62,800 bases of DNA, from positions 1 to 62,800 of the forward strand of contig JABIGM010000037.1 in the NCBI GenBank assembly GCA_018650165.1, in the 5' to 3' direction. Below are positions 35,978-47,100 of this stretch, in pieces (the stretch's first letter is position 1; each line of letters begins with the position of its first letter). Both the position numbers and the translations under genes were made by a program. The DNA is from Methanobacteriota archaeon. GTDB lineage: Archaea > Thermoplasmatota > Poseidoniia > Poseidoniales > Poseidoniaceae. The notes beneath the pieces were generated by a model. The model was not told the DNA's origin and did no database searches. It saw nothing but the letters and a program-made list of their open reading frames with translations.

Positions 35978-38203
35978 TCAGAACGAAATACCAAACTTGA
36001 ATGCTGCACTACCTACGAAGATTAGTCCTCCGACAATGTATCCCAGAATTGCTCCACCGTTTAGCAATGGTAGTCCGGCCTGTGGCCTACCAGATGCAAC
36101 ATACCCCATCAGGACCAAGTATCCTACAAGACCACCGATGAGCGCTGCAATTCCCACCGCCAGCCCATCAGTCGGTATCGAGTCAACACATGATACAACT
36201 AACATGCCAGGGAAGATAACATCTCCAAGACCCATGAACATTGCTTCCTTTGGCTTCTTTCTCTTCGTTGGCATAACGGCAGCAGAACCATTCGATGATC
36301 TGTTTGCCTGTTCTGCATCGGAAGGTGGACGGATGCTCTCCTTTCCTTCAAGCATTGAATAGCCACTTTCTTGCGGTGCGACTAAAAGAATAGGTAAATT
36401 AAGGCCAATCATTGTATCTGCAAGGTCTAGCATATGCTTAGAACGATAAACAGCCCAAGCATCATAAACAGCAGCTAATATCATGAAGATAACTATCAGA
36501 GTTGGAACGAATGTTACTCCAAGCATCACGATTACACCGCCGCCAACAAGGACGCCTACTGTGTTTACCACATACCACTCTGGGTGGAAAATTAGTGCTG
36601 CCATTAGAATAACTGCTAAAATAAATCCAACTAAGAATGCTGTATCAGACCATTGAACACCATAGGTATTGTACATTGTTTCTGAATCAAAAGCTCCAGT
36701 CTGAATTTCCATTGTATATTGGTTCATAGTTTCATTAATTGTTCCAGTATGAATTACTGTAATATCCCAATCCTTTGCTGAGATTATGCTCTCACTGGAA
36801 ACTGCAATATCAAGTGTAGCGTATTCGATTAAGGACGGCCCGAATAGGCCATGTACTCCATCGGCATCTGCAATCCACAATTCATTTTCTTCATTTTTAG
36901 TCAAGTCAAAACTATTGATTGCAGTGATTGGCCCGGAGAATACATCGCCGCCATGGAATTTATCTTCTTCGTCGAATGTTCCGACCGGCTCTTCGATTTC
37001 ATCATCGATAACATATGCCTTGACCGCTCCATCATAATAGCCAATCATTGCCAAGGATTCATCGGTACCCCAGGGGCTACTAATAATTTCAAAGGCGGTG
37101 ATAAGATTGTCATCTTCAATATATTCGACCCACTCAACAGTACACTCATCGACCCAGCCGCTAGGAGCTGGCCCGGGGATATGCGGGTCTGAAGTTTCTT
37201 CCAAATGTATCATTGCCGCCCCTATTGGAGTTACGAGTAGTAAACTATCTTCGTCATATTGTTTCATCTCTAATATTTTCTCATTTAGTTGCAATTGTGG
37301 ATATGACCATTTTGCCTGATGAATTGTAATATTAGTTTGATGGAATGTATTTCGGCGTAGCAATTCATTACCTGGGGTGATAATGTAAATCGCTCCTTTC
37401 GATTCATTCAAATCTCCAACAGGGTTTTCAACAACTTCTAAAGCAGCAATACAACCATTAATTTCGGGATTTGTAGTAATATTATCGACTGTTCCATCCC
37501 ACTCAGAGTCATCAAAACAAGCGTATTTACTGAGGATTTCACCGCTGTCTTTGTCAAAAGACCAAATCCATGCGCCATTGGTAACAGTGTACGCATATGT
37601 TCCTTCAATTACATTGAAAGTAGGGTCTCCTGGTATCGAGTTAAGTTCAAGTGACCATTCTAGAGATGTATCTGCAGAACGTTTTGAGATTACGAAAGTG
37701 TGATTTTCATGGCTATTTCTCCAATTTGTAATTTGCGTAATCATGGTTCCATCAGTATTTAGTGAAACAATTTCTTCTCCAATTTGTTCACTTTCGGTCA
37801 ATACAAAAGCCTCGGTTTCTATTTCAGGGATCAAAAGGATGTGTGCTCCTGGAACAGTAGTATAGCAAAGTGCGAGGAAGAGAACGAAGAGTAATCCATA
37901 CTTGATTACCTTCTCCAAATGTTTTTTTGCCAACCACAAAATGACAAAGGTAAATGCAAAAATTGCCAATAATTCAAGCGCTATCCATCGTGCTTGAGTA
38001 GAACCTGATTCACCAAACGCCTGTAAATTTGCTGCATTGAACCAAGGCTGAAGCCAAATCCCTAATGCAATGGTTATTACGAACATGAAGGCCATGCCTA
38101 ACATGCCTGGAGCCTGCTCCATCATATTGGCAAGAAGACTGTCCTCCTTTGCTAATTCACGCTCTACGCGCTTGATTTGGTCCTCTGGCACAGACTCTCC
38201 CAT
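35978..38203 (-). CDS. Presenilin/SPP-type GxGD intramembrane aspartyl protease with a large inserted soluble domain
   Basis: AVYDAWAVYRSKHM (YD), MGLGDVIFPG (GxGD), PQAGLPLLN; ~400-aa hydrophilic insert between TM3 and TM4. Confidence 0.9.
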   Translation of the reverse strand: MGESVPEDQIKRVERELAKEDSLLANMMEQAPGMLGMAFMFVITIALGIWLQPWFNAANLQAFGESGSTQARWIALELLAIFAFTFVILWLAKKHLEKVIKYGLLFVLFLALCYTTVPGAHILLIPEIETEAFVLTESEQIGEEIVSLNTDGTMITQITNWRNSHENHTFVISKRSADTSLEWSLELNSIPGDPTFNVIEGTYAYTVTNGAWIWSFDKDSGEILSKYACFDDSEWDGTVDNITTNPEINGCIAALEVVENPVGDLNESKGAIYIITPGNELLRRNTFHQTNITIHQAKWSYPQLQLNEKILEMKQYDEDSLLLVTPIGAAMIHLEETSDPHIPGPAPSGWVDECTVEWVEYIEDDNLITAFEIISSPWGTDESLAMIGYYDGAVKAYVIDDEIEEPVGTFDEEDKFHGGDVFSGPITAINSFDLTKNEENELWIADADGVHGLFGPSLIEYATLDIAVSSESIISAKDWDITVIHTGTINETMNQYTMEIQTGAFDSETMYNTYGVQWSDTAFLVGFILAVILMAALIFHPEWYVVNTVGVLVGGGVIVMLGVTFVPTLIVIFMILAAVYDAWAVYRSKHMLDLADTMIGLNLPILLVAPQESGYSMLEGKESIRPPSDAEQANRSSNGSAAVMPTKRKKPKEAMFMGLGDVIFPGMLVVSCVDSIPTDGLAVGIAALIGGLVGYLVLMGYVASGRPQAGLPLLNGGAILGYIVGGLIFVGSAAFKFGISF

Positions 38204-38265
38204 GCTTTACACCGAGAGTGAGGGTGGTTTTCTAATCATTGGAGCGCGTGGCCCCTACGGGGCCA

Positions 38266-39396
38266 ATGACAATGCAAACGCCGAGGGAGTGGTTTTTCGC
38301 TTCAAAAACCAAGGGTATGTCCCTTGGATTATCGCGTGTAAACGTTGCACTGGAAGCCCTTGGCCGGCCTGACAAAAAGATGGACTGCATTCATGTTGCA
38401 GGCTCAAATGGCAAGGGTAGTGCTTGTGCGCAACTAGTTGCGGGACTAGTTAGAGCGGGATACCATGTTGGCATGTTTTCTTCGCCCCATCTTATCCAAG
38501 TTGAGGAACGGGTTAGAATTGATGGAAAATCAATTTCAAATGATGAATTTAATGAAGCGCTTTCTAAGGTTATGAAACTTGAAATCGAATTAACTTTTTT
38601 TGAAATAACCTATCTTGTTTCACTAATTGCTTGCCATAAGGCTGGAGTTTCAATAATGGTATTAGAAACGGGACTAGGTGGCCGATTAGATGCGACTAGA
38701 AGTGCGGATGTTGTCGGTTGTCTGGTGACATCGGTAAGTTTTGAGCATAGTGAGGTTTTGGGAGATACTATTGAGAAAATTGCCCAGGAAAAAGCCGCTA
38801 TTTGGCGACCTGGTGTGCCGATGCTAATTCGAGACCCCGGTTCTGCAAGAATTAGAAATGCGATGCGTGAAGAAGCGATAACTGCCCGATTTTATAATCC
38901 TGAAAAATCTACATTTATGGATGAAGCAGCAGATCTAGCAGAAGTGATGTGTAAAATGCTTGGATACTCGTTTGTCAGAAGACCGATAAACTGGCCGGCA
39001 AGAATGCAATTTATCCAAGGTAATCCAAATTATTTGATAGAGGCTGCTCACAATCCTAGTGGAATGCTAAGAGTAATTCCTGAAATTGCAGCCATACTTC
39101 CTAAAAAATGGTCGCTTTTATTTGGAACCTCGCCACAACAAGAAATGGACCAATTTCTAAGCCCTCTCGATTGGCTAATCAAATCACATCCCCCTGTTGA
39201 AATAATCACAACAGAACCACAAGATGGTAGATACCCGGGGATTGTTGAACCTATTGAAGGCATAATGCATATCCAAAATCCAGTTACTGCGGTTCAATCA
39301 TTCACAAAAAAAACAGATTTGATTTTGGTAACTGGTTCCCTCTACTTGTGCGGAAATATACTTTCGCATCTTGGCCTTAATGCCGACATAGTTTGA
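38266..39396 (+). CDS. folC: Folylpolyglutamate synthase / FolC-family Mur ligase
   Basis: HVAGSNGKGS, FSSPHL, TFFE, LETGLGGRLDAT, HSEVLG..IA.EKA, AAHNP, TGSLYL; start may be 38239. Confidence 0.9.
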   Translation: MTMQTPREWFFASKTKGMSLGLSRVNVALEALGRPDKKMDCIHVAGSNGKGSACAQLVAGLVRAGYHVGMFSSPHLIQVEERVRIDGKSISNDEFNEALSKVMKLEIELTFFEITYLVSLIACHKAGVSIMVLETGLGGRLDATRSADVVGCLVTSVSFEHSEVLGDTIEKIAQEKAAIWRPGVPMLIRDPGSARIRNAMREEAITARFYNPEKSTFMDEAADLAEVMCKMLGYSFVRRPINWPARMQFIQGNPNYLIEAAHNPSGMLRVIPEIAAILPKKWSLLFGTSPQQEMDQFLSPLDWLIKSHPPVEIITTEPQDGRYPGIVEPIEGIMHIQNPVTAVQSFTKKTDLILVTGSLYLCGNILSHLGLNADIV

Positions 39397-39896
39397 TGAG
39401 GCCCTCCCAACTGGCTTGCACGATGAAGGACAAACACCTTGCAATTCGCATCGAACAATGTTTAGCACTTGCAAAAGCTAGTAACTGTCCGCGTCGAAAT
39501 TTTGGTGCGCTATTAGTTGACCCGGAAAGAAATGTTGTACTAATGGATGGATACAACGGAGGGCCACGTGGTGGCGGTGAACTTTGTGGTGGTGATGAAT
39601 GTCTGCGGGATACTATGGACATTAAATCTGGAACTCGTGTAGAAATCGGTTGTCACCATGCAGAAATGAATCTGATTTGTAATGCTGCTGCAAATGGTGT
39701 ACCAACCAAAAATGCTTGGCTATTAGTCACAGGAGAGCCATGTATGATGTGTGCAAAATTAATTCATCATGCAGGTATTGGAAAGGTAATCATTGTTGAC
39801 GGTGGTTTTGGAGGAGAGAACGGAATCGGTTATCTCGATGAACACGGCGTGGAAATTCAACGGACTGATGGACCAAAGGACCCTCGATTTTTGTAG
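39396..39896 (+). CDS. dCMP deaminase-like zinc deaminase
   Basis: SNCPRRNFGA, GYNG, HAEMN, PCMMC; start overlaps folC stop (or lies at 39423). Confidence 0.9.
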   Translation: MRPSQLACTMKDKHLAIRIEQCLALAKASNCPRRNFGALLVDPERNVVLMDGYNGGPRGGGELCGGDECLRDTMDIKSGTRVEIGCHHAEMNLICNAAANGVPTKNAWLLVTGEPCMMCAKLIHHAGIGKVIIVDGGFGGENGIGYLDEHGVEIQRTDGPKDPRFL

Positions 39897-39930
39897 GTAG
39901 TTTCAAGACTGGAACTAGAATCATTAGGAC

Positions 39931-41064
39931 ATGCGCAACCTAAGAATGGTAGTAGTGGCATGTATGCTGCTTCTACCAGGTTGTACTTATTTGGACTCTG
40001 AAGAATCTAAATCTGAAGATACTACTGAAATTGAAGTCGAGATGTTACAAGGTTGTACTGATTCTGAGGCAAATAACTTTGATGAAAATGCTGAAGAAGA
40101 CGATGGGTCATGTGAATATGATGAACCTGAACCTGAACCTGAATTCGGGTGCACTGATTCAGACGCTGAAAATTATAATTCCAATGCGACTGAGGATGAT
40201 GGAACCTGTTGGTTTTTGGAAACAATTCCGTGTAATGGTTTAGTGATTTTATGTCACAGGACCTATGACCAAGTAACCTTCCCCGAAACTCATAACTCAT
40301 TTTCTACTCATGAAGATAACATCTACTATCCCGCTAGTAACCATCGTACTGGTTTCCAAGCGCAATGGAATGCCGGAATGAGGGCTTTCATGTTGGATAC
40401 ACACTATTTGACTACTGCAGATCAAAGTGTCTCCAATGTACGGTTGTGCCATGGTGACTCGGATAGAGGTTTCAGTCCGTGTACATATGGAGCGGTTGAC
40501 CCTTGGAATTGGTTGGGTAATTTAGAATCTGAAATTAATAATGAGGAACGAGATATCGTGACATTGTTGATTGAAAACCATGTTGAAGCAGATCACCTGA
40601 AGGAAATAATGGATGATGTTGGTCTTTCTGACATGATGTATATTCACGAGATGAATGCTGAATGGCCGACCTTGATTGAGTTGATAAATATGGATAAGAG
40701 ACTTGTTGTTTTCTGGGAACAATCTAGTGATTCCACCCATCCCTACTTCCATGATTTCTTAACACATAGTTGGACTACTAATTATGCAGATGAAGATACT
40801 TCATCAATGGACTGTGAACCTTTACGCGGAGATTCTAATCAGGACGCTTTTCATATGAATAACTGGTTAAAGAATCAAGCAGGATTGTCAGACCCCACTC
40901 GTGCGGGTGAAGCAAATAATGTGGACTTCATGGTAGAGAGGGCTATCGAATGTATCGATTCTCATGGAAAGCGCCCGACATTCATTGCTGTCGATTGGTG
41001 GGAAGAAGGCGATGTGGTAGAGGCTGTAAAAAGAGTAAATCTATTGGAATTGGATAGCGACTAG
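39931..41064 (+). CDS. Lipoprotein with two GCTD repeats and a PI-PLC X-domain-like phosphodiesterase
   Basis: Lipobox LLPGC; GCTDSEANNF...DDGSC and GCTDSDAENY...DDGTC; THNSF, MLDTH, LCHG, PTFIAVDWW. Confidence 0.8.
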   Translation: MRNLRMVVVACMLLLPGCTYLDSEESKSEDTTEIEVEMLQGCTDSEANNFDENAEEDDGSCEYDEPEPEPEFGCTDSDAENYNSNATEDDGTCWFLETIPCNGLVILCHRTYDQVTFPETHNSFSTHEDNIYYPASNHRTGFQAQWNAGMRAFMLDTHYLTTADQSVSNVRLCHGDSDRGFSPCTYGAVDPWNWLGNLESEINNEERDIVTLLIENHVEADHLKEIMDDVGLSDMMYIHEMNAEWPTLIELINMDKRLVVFWEQSSDSTHPYFHDFLTHSWTTNYADEDTSSMDCEPLRGDSNQDAFHMNNWLKNQAGLSDPTRAGEANNVDFMVERAIECIDSHGKRPTFIAVDWWEEGDVVEAVKRVNLLELDSD

Positions 41065-44000
41065 CCCCAGAACCTTCTAGTCCTCGCATATTCTATCTCG
41101 GCAATGTGAATTGCTTCAAGTAAGCCTTCAGTATCTCCTCGCTGAACTTTACGCATCAATCGCTGACAAGTTGCTTCACCGATACCTCTGCCCATTAGTG
41201 CAAGTATGGCATCCATCCCCCGGTTTGCAACAGCTTGAGCGTTTTTCATCATGCGATCTCTATCCTTTCCATCATCCGATTTCACCCATTCCAACAATTG
41301 CTTCTCTAATCCTTCGCGCATACATGCCAACATTTGGCCTCCACACTTCAAACACTTCTTCGCATCAGTCATTTCGGGATATCTTGCGACTCTAAAGCGC
41401 TTTACTGAATTACATTTTAAGCAACACAATACCGCTCTTTCATTCATCAAACGACCTTCCAAACGGGCTCTCACCTGCTCATTATCAAAATTCGGAAGAA
41501 GTAAATCCTTCTCGGATTTACTTGAAATTCCTAGTGGGCCAGATGCAGTAACTTCCAATCCGATGAGTCCAGATTGAATTCCACGTAAGACATCCTTTGC
41601 ACCGGTTATATCCATTCTTTCGTGGAATAACTTACCGAGAACTTCTTCCATTACCGGAGTGCCTCGATACTTTTTCAATAACGCCTGGAGGTTTATTTTT
41701 CGAGGGTCGACGCCATGACGTAAAATCCCGAACACTTTTGCAACTTGTGCAAACCTCCATCTTACTTCACGTGAATTTGGTAATGTAACCGATAGAACTC
41801 CTTCCAATGCTTCAGGTGGCGTGTTTGAAATCCATTCGATTATCTCCGAAGGTGTTACTCCGGCGACTTGAAGAGAGATTCTACAAGGCTCTACAATTAG
41901 CCGTCCCCATCTTCCAGAACGAGTACTTGCCATAGCGAGGAGGTAATGTCCTATCGCCTCGTTAATTTTGTTACCTTGGCAGCAATTAATCACAAGTGCC
42001 TCGCCTCTATCTTCGATAGTTATCAGTCGATCGCTTGGAATCATGTTTGCAGAATTGAAATGTGTGGATACAATGTCTGCTAGTATTCCTTTTGCTTCAC
42101 CATTAAGCGGATAATCTTCCAAACTAGAATCTCCATTTAGTAGTCCTGCTGGGTCAATTTCTGTGATTTCTTCATCGTGCATCAATCCCAGATCTATTGC
42201 AAATAATCTCCGCAAACGACCTGCTTCTCTTGCAACATCGGCAGGCGTAGGTGGAAGTTCTCCCACCCATTGAGGTGCGTGTCCTTGGTCAGATACTGGG
42301 GCGACTAACAATTCATTTTGTTCAGGGTCAGCATCTATCACAATCCAGGTCCTTCCAGCCATAACGAAGCGCCTTTGCCGTCCATCGGCTTCTTCGCCGC
42401 CATCATTTAGTGAAAGGACAAATGCCTCGTCGACATTTCCTAGACTCTGGCGCGTTACAGCATCTCTGACACGGTATGATTGTTTATCTGGAATCATTGA
42501 AAGATGATTTGTGACCCATTGCCGTGTTCTACCTGAACGACTAATCCAGCCCTTAGAAAATTTTGGAGGTGCATCAAAGGACAGTGTTGCTAAATCTTTG
42601 CTTGGCTCCTCATCGTAGGCAAGTTTTGGCTGGTCTGGTAATGATTTCTTTGATGTCGCAATCAATTCCTGCCACACATCGTGGGGCCAGCGATACCACG
42701 GTACTGATTGAGGGTCATCTACACAGCGAATAACCCATCCATCAGCAAGTATTTTGCCAATTCCAATGGTATCTTCTCGACGCCATCCTGAAAATTGACC
42801 CGAATTTGAAATCACTTCTGTGACTGCATCAATTGGTAATGCTCCGTGGCTGTGAACCATCATTACAATTTGATTTGCGGCAACTAATAGTGGCTGTTCT
42901 CTCCATTCTACCGGCTCAATCTCTCCTGAAATTGCTTTACGAGCAATTACTGCAGCCTCAATCAAATCGTCACTTTCCCAGCCGAGTAAATGGCCACTTC
43001 CAATACCGCCTAACCGATGGTCTGCTCTTCCAACTCTCTGGAGCATCCGGTCGACAGAACGCGGAGAGCGGATTTGAACAATATGGTTTACACTACCTAC
43101 ATCTATTCCTAATTCAAGACTCGAAGTACATACCAATCCTTCGATGTTACCATTTCGTAAATCATCTTCCATCTGCGTTCTAGTTTCTCTTGCGAGTGAC
43201 CCATGGTGTACTCCAATGTTCAAATCAGGGGCGATTGCTTGGAGGCGTTGGGACACTGTTTCAGCACTGTTTCTAGAATTTACGAAAACTAGACATGGGT
43301 GCTTTTTTGAAATGAGATCTGCTAATCCGCGTAATGTGGCATGCGCTCTTGGTGAAATTGCCAATTCGAGCGACCCTATTTCATCCTCAGGTAATTGAAT
43401 AATAGCATCTACAGATAATTCAGTAGAGCGTGGTGCAACTGCTTTGATAGCTTCTGCTTCATCAGAAAGCCACGTAGCAACTTGTTCGGGATTCCCAACA
43501 GTTGCAGATAGGCCGATTTTTTGGATTTTGGATCCCTTAAACGCCTCGAGCCTTGACAGTCCTAATGCCAATTGCCAACCTCTTTCACCACCTGCCATTT
43601 CATGAACTTCATCGATTACGACTGCTTTCACTGTACGTAATAGTTCACGTAATCTAGAACCTGTGAACATTAACTGGAATGTTTCAGGCGTTGTTATCAT
43701 CACGTTTGGGGGCTTGCGAACATGTTTGTTTCTTTCAGATTGGGGCGTGTCTCCATGCCGTAGACCTAAAGTAAGCCCTACTGCGGAAGTAATTTCATCC
43801 AACCTTCGGTCTACATCACGGTTTAAAGCGCGGAGTGGGGTAATGTAGAGAATTGACATTCCATCCCATTTTTGGCGCAAACAACGGTCGAGCAATGGAA
43901 GCATTGCTGCCATTGTTTTTCCAGAACCAGTAGGGGCTACAATCAATCGGTCATGCCCTGAAGCAATTTCGTCCTGAGTTACTTCTTGAACGGGCGTTGG

Positions 44001-44069
44001 TATCCACTTTCGTTCATCCAGAGCCTTCTGTAAACCCTCGTCGAGTTTGGAGAAGACGCCTTCGGCCAT
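41061..44069 (-). CDS. lhr: Lhr-family SF2 helicase with C-terminal Cys-rich region
   Basis: APTGSGKT, ITPLRALNRD, DEVH, GLSAT, HHGSL, SSLELGID, QRVGR; CLKC...CLKC. Confidence 0.93.
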   Translation of the reverse strand: MAEGVFSKLDEGLQKALDERKWIPTPVQEVTQDEIASGHDRLIVAPTGSGKTMAAMLPLLDRCLRQKWDGMSILYITPLRALNRDVDRRLDEITSAVGLTLGLRHGDTPQSERNKHVRKPPNVMITTPETFQLMFTGSRLRELLRTVKAVVIDEVHEMAGGERGWQLALGLSRLEAFKGSKIQKIGLSATVGNPEQVATWLSDEAEAIKAVAPRSTELSVDAIIQLPEDEIGSLELAISPRAHATLRGLADLISKKHPCLVFVNSRNSAETVSQRLQAIAPDLNIGVHHGSLARETRTQMEDDLRNGNIEGLVCTSSLELGIDVGSVNHIVQIRSPRSVDRMLQRVGRADHRLGGIGSGHLLGWESDDLIEAAVIARKAISGEIEPVEWREQPLLVAANQIVMMVHSHGALPIDAVTEVISNSGQFSGWRREDTIGIGKILADGWVIRCVDDPQSVPWYRWPHDVWQELIATSKKSLPDQPKLAYDEEPSKDLATLSFDAPPKFSKGWISRSGRTRQWVTNHLSMIPDKQSYRVRDAVTRQSLGNVDEAFVLSLNDGGEEADGRQRRFVMAGRTWIVIDADPEQNELLVAPVSDQGHAPQWVGELPPTPADVAREAGRLRRLFAIDLGLMHDEEITEIDPAGLLNGDSSLEDYPLNGEAKGILADIVSTHFNSANMIPSDRLITIEDRGEALVINCCQGNKINEAIGHYLLAMASTRSGRWGRLIVEPCRISLQVAGVTPSEIIEWISNTPPEALEGVLSVTLPNSREVRWRFAQVAKVFGILRHGVDPRKINLQALLKKYRGTPVMEEVLGKLFHERMDITGAKDVLRGIQSGLIGLEVTASGPLGISSKSEKDLLLPNFDNEQVRARLEGRLMNERAVLCCLKCNSVKRFRVARYPEMTDAKKCLKCGGQMLACMREGLEKQLLEWVKSDDGKDRDRMMKNAQAVANRGMDAILALMGRGIGEATCQRLMRKVQRGDTEGLLEAIHIAEIEYARTRRFWG

Positions 44070-44119
44070 GTCGATTGGGCTATGTCACTGGTTCAAGAGG
44101 GCAACGATTCTGACGACTA

Positions 44120-47100
44120 TCAGTCATCATCGTCATAATCATCATCGTCGTCGTCTTCATCCCAGTCTTCATCGTCATCCTCTTCTTCCCATTCATCATC
44201 ATAAAGAGAGCCTTCAGAATGTGTTATAGCGGTGCGATTAGCAGTAATTCCAATCCCCACCAATACTATCACAGATAGAATCGAAAATAACCAAATTAGC
44301 GGTTGTTCACGTATGGAATCAAACCATCCCATGTATGAAACATAAACGATCTCGATCTTATGTTCAGCTGAATTATCTTCATCGTTTACTTCAATGATAA
44401 CATCATCAGGGTCAACGACTACTCTGATTCGGTCAACGCCTTCTTCCGCACTCCAGGTTGTTGAAACTGGAATCAATTCGCCTGCACCGATTTTATTCAA
44501 GGTAGCTGTATCAAATGGAGTAATTGAATCCCCAGCGTAGAAAGAGACCGTGAAGTAAGAATTTGTTTCACCGCCAACGTTTTGAATATCTGCGGTGATT
44601 TCAATTTCTTGGCCTGGTGCAACGTGGTCATCAGAAACTGAAATTGAACTTATCTTCAGTTGTGGGCCAATTGCGCCCAATCTAACCCATTGCCGCTCGA
44701 AATCAGTGTCGTCTGCTGCAACTTCTGCTATTGGGCTTGCTTCCGAGTTAGATACCACTGGGAATTCATTTCCTGCCGAATCATATCCAGTTAGGTAGAA
44801 TCCTACCCAGTCGCCTTCTCGTAAATTGATAATTCCTCCATCGGTCAAATCAACGGTTCCAGTCCAGATTACACTCTGTCCTTCTTGCTGCATTCCGAGT
44901 TTGGCCTTACCAGCCCCCATAGTTAGAGTACGACTTGAATCTCGCATGACCCAATGAACAATTTGTTCTGAGCCAGTCATATCTGCATCTTCTGTTCCAT
45001 GGAATTCTACTGGAACATTTGTTAGGTCGGTCAAAGCCGATATATCGATGGTGTTGAGAGGTGCAGTTCTACTTACAACACGAGGAGCGGTATCATCCAC
45101 AACAACTCTTAGAGTTGTAGAAACCGTTTGTCCAGTCATATCTTCACCCTTGCCCGGAATACCGTCAATTGAGATTAGACATGTTCGTGTAGGTGATGAT
45201 TGGAGGGTTTGTGCGTGTGATAGTGGTACCTCGACTGAATAACTACCATCGTCTCCAAGTGAACCATCAGACCAAATACTCTCGCCATCAAATACTTCGA
45301 TTACAATAGCTGCGTCTTTAGGTGCAGGGACATTGCTTCCTTCGTATACAACTTTACCTGTAAATTCAAGCCTGTCATCATTTCTAACTCTGCTACCGTC
45401 AGCAACAATACCAGTTCTTGGTTCACTGATATCATTAACTTGGAAAGACCCTGCGTCGAGAACTAGATCATTTTCGACAACAAATGTGTGTTCCGCTATG
45501 ATATGGCGAGTTGGATATTCTTCCCCTCTTTCCTTGTAAACTAAAGACAGATCAGAGATGTCTTCATCTGGCCAATCCCAACTAATTGTGAATTGGTAGT
45601 CAATTAAAATCCAGGGCATTCCTGAATCATTCGTAGTCTGAATCATACTAGAACTAGTTGCTAGGTCAATAACATCAGAATTACTTGCAAATATATCATT
45701 TACACCATAGTAAGAGATTATTTGTTGGTCTACTTCACTGTCAGGACCTTCGAAGTCAAAGACCAAATCGATGTACTCGAAGTCTATTGCAGTGTTAGCA
45801 TCAATTAAACCAATTGAAATTGTTTGTTCTGTCCCTGCAAATACTGGTGCGCCATCATTGTGGCCGAACCATTCCAAACCTGTGAAAATTGCAGACGAGT
45901 CCTTTCGGCTTCTGAAAGTAGCATCGTCTGTATCAAACCCTGGTCCTGTTTCCCATGAATAAGACTCTTCGTCGATAATTGTGGTGTGGTGGAGCGGATT
46001 GCCCGCACGATCGCCACCATCCCAATAATATGAGACACGGCCCATGTTTGGATTACGCGAATGGTCGATTGTAGTGGTGAAAGTCTTGGTATCTGCTTCT
46101 GTTTCATTAACTACAATCTTGGTTGCATATTCGCTAGCATCAGCTTCACCATTACGGTTTATATCATGGTCTGCTTCAACCCAGTAAAATAATTTCAATT
46201 CCGTCGGGTCGCCGACTGCATCTGCAACCTTCACGCTAATCTTCTGTGATTCATCAGCTGCTTCGTATGCATCATCAAGCGGGTAGGTCTCAAGTGCTTC
46301 GGGTGGTGTTGCATCGACCTTGTAGGTTCTAAACCAGTCTGAATTAGATGCGAGAACCATAGTTGCATCTCTTTCATTGTAGGTTTGAATTTCATATGAA
46401 AGCCCGCTTTCCACATCGATATCAGGCATTACGATTGAGATAAAGAATGAACCGTTAATGTTTGAAGTATCTCTCCAATTAGCATTTACAAATCCATTTT
46501 GTGAGATTCTGACATCGAATGCACTATCTTTCGGCGCATCGGTCGAATCTGCAAACCACATTGCTCCTTGGAAGTGAAGTGTTTCGCCAGCAGCAACCCA
46601 ACTTCCATCTTCAACATCAGTAGAAGTCGATTCTCCGTCATTATCTCTGATGTTTAGCCAACCAAGTCCGAATGAATTGTTCACACGAAGACCATTTACA
46701 CTCGCTAGAGGCGATGGTTGGAAGCCATTGGTACCAGAAGTGTCTAGGCAATTAGTCGAGAACCGGACATTGTTTTGGTCTGGGAAATTCGAAGTAATGT
46801 GGAATAGCCAATGAATCTCCAAAATTCCATTGCTCAAACTGGACCATGACGAAGAATCGATGTCGACCCAGTCGTCAGGGTCGTTTGGTGATGGGAATAT
46901 ATCCCCATCTTGCCATTCCAATGTTGGAGCACTAGAGGAAGGTGATGCCATGAATGACAAGCTAGCAGATTGGATGTAATTATTTGTTCCATCCCCTACG
47001 ATATGTCTTGTGACAACCTCATAAGGCTCGTTTCTTTCATGAAGAATTTCACCTTCAGGTATTGAGATGTCTAAATTGACAGTATTGATTGAATAAGTCA

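Noticed and set aside
29703-44069. Inteins in PolB or Lhr
   Set aside because: Lengths and motif spacing are normal; no Cys...His-Asn splice junctions or LAGLIDADG motifs seen
44123-44200. (GAT/GAC/GAA)n low-complexity tract and (GAACCT)n at about 40125
   Set aside because: In-frame acidic and EP linkers, not phase-variable contingency repeats
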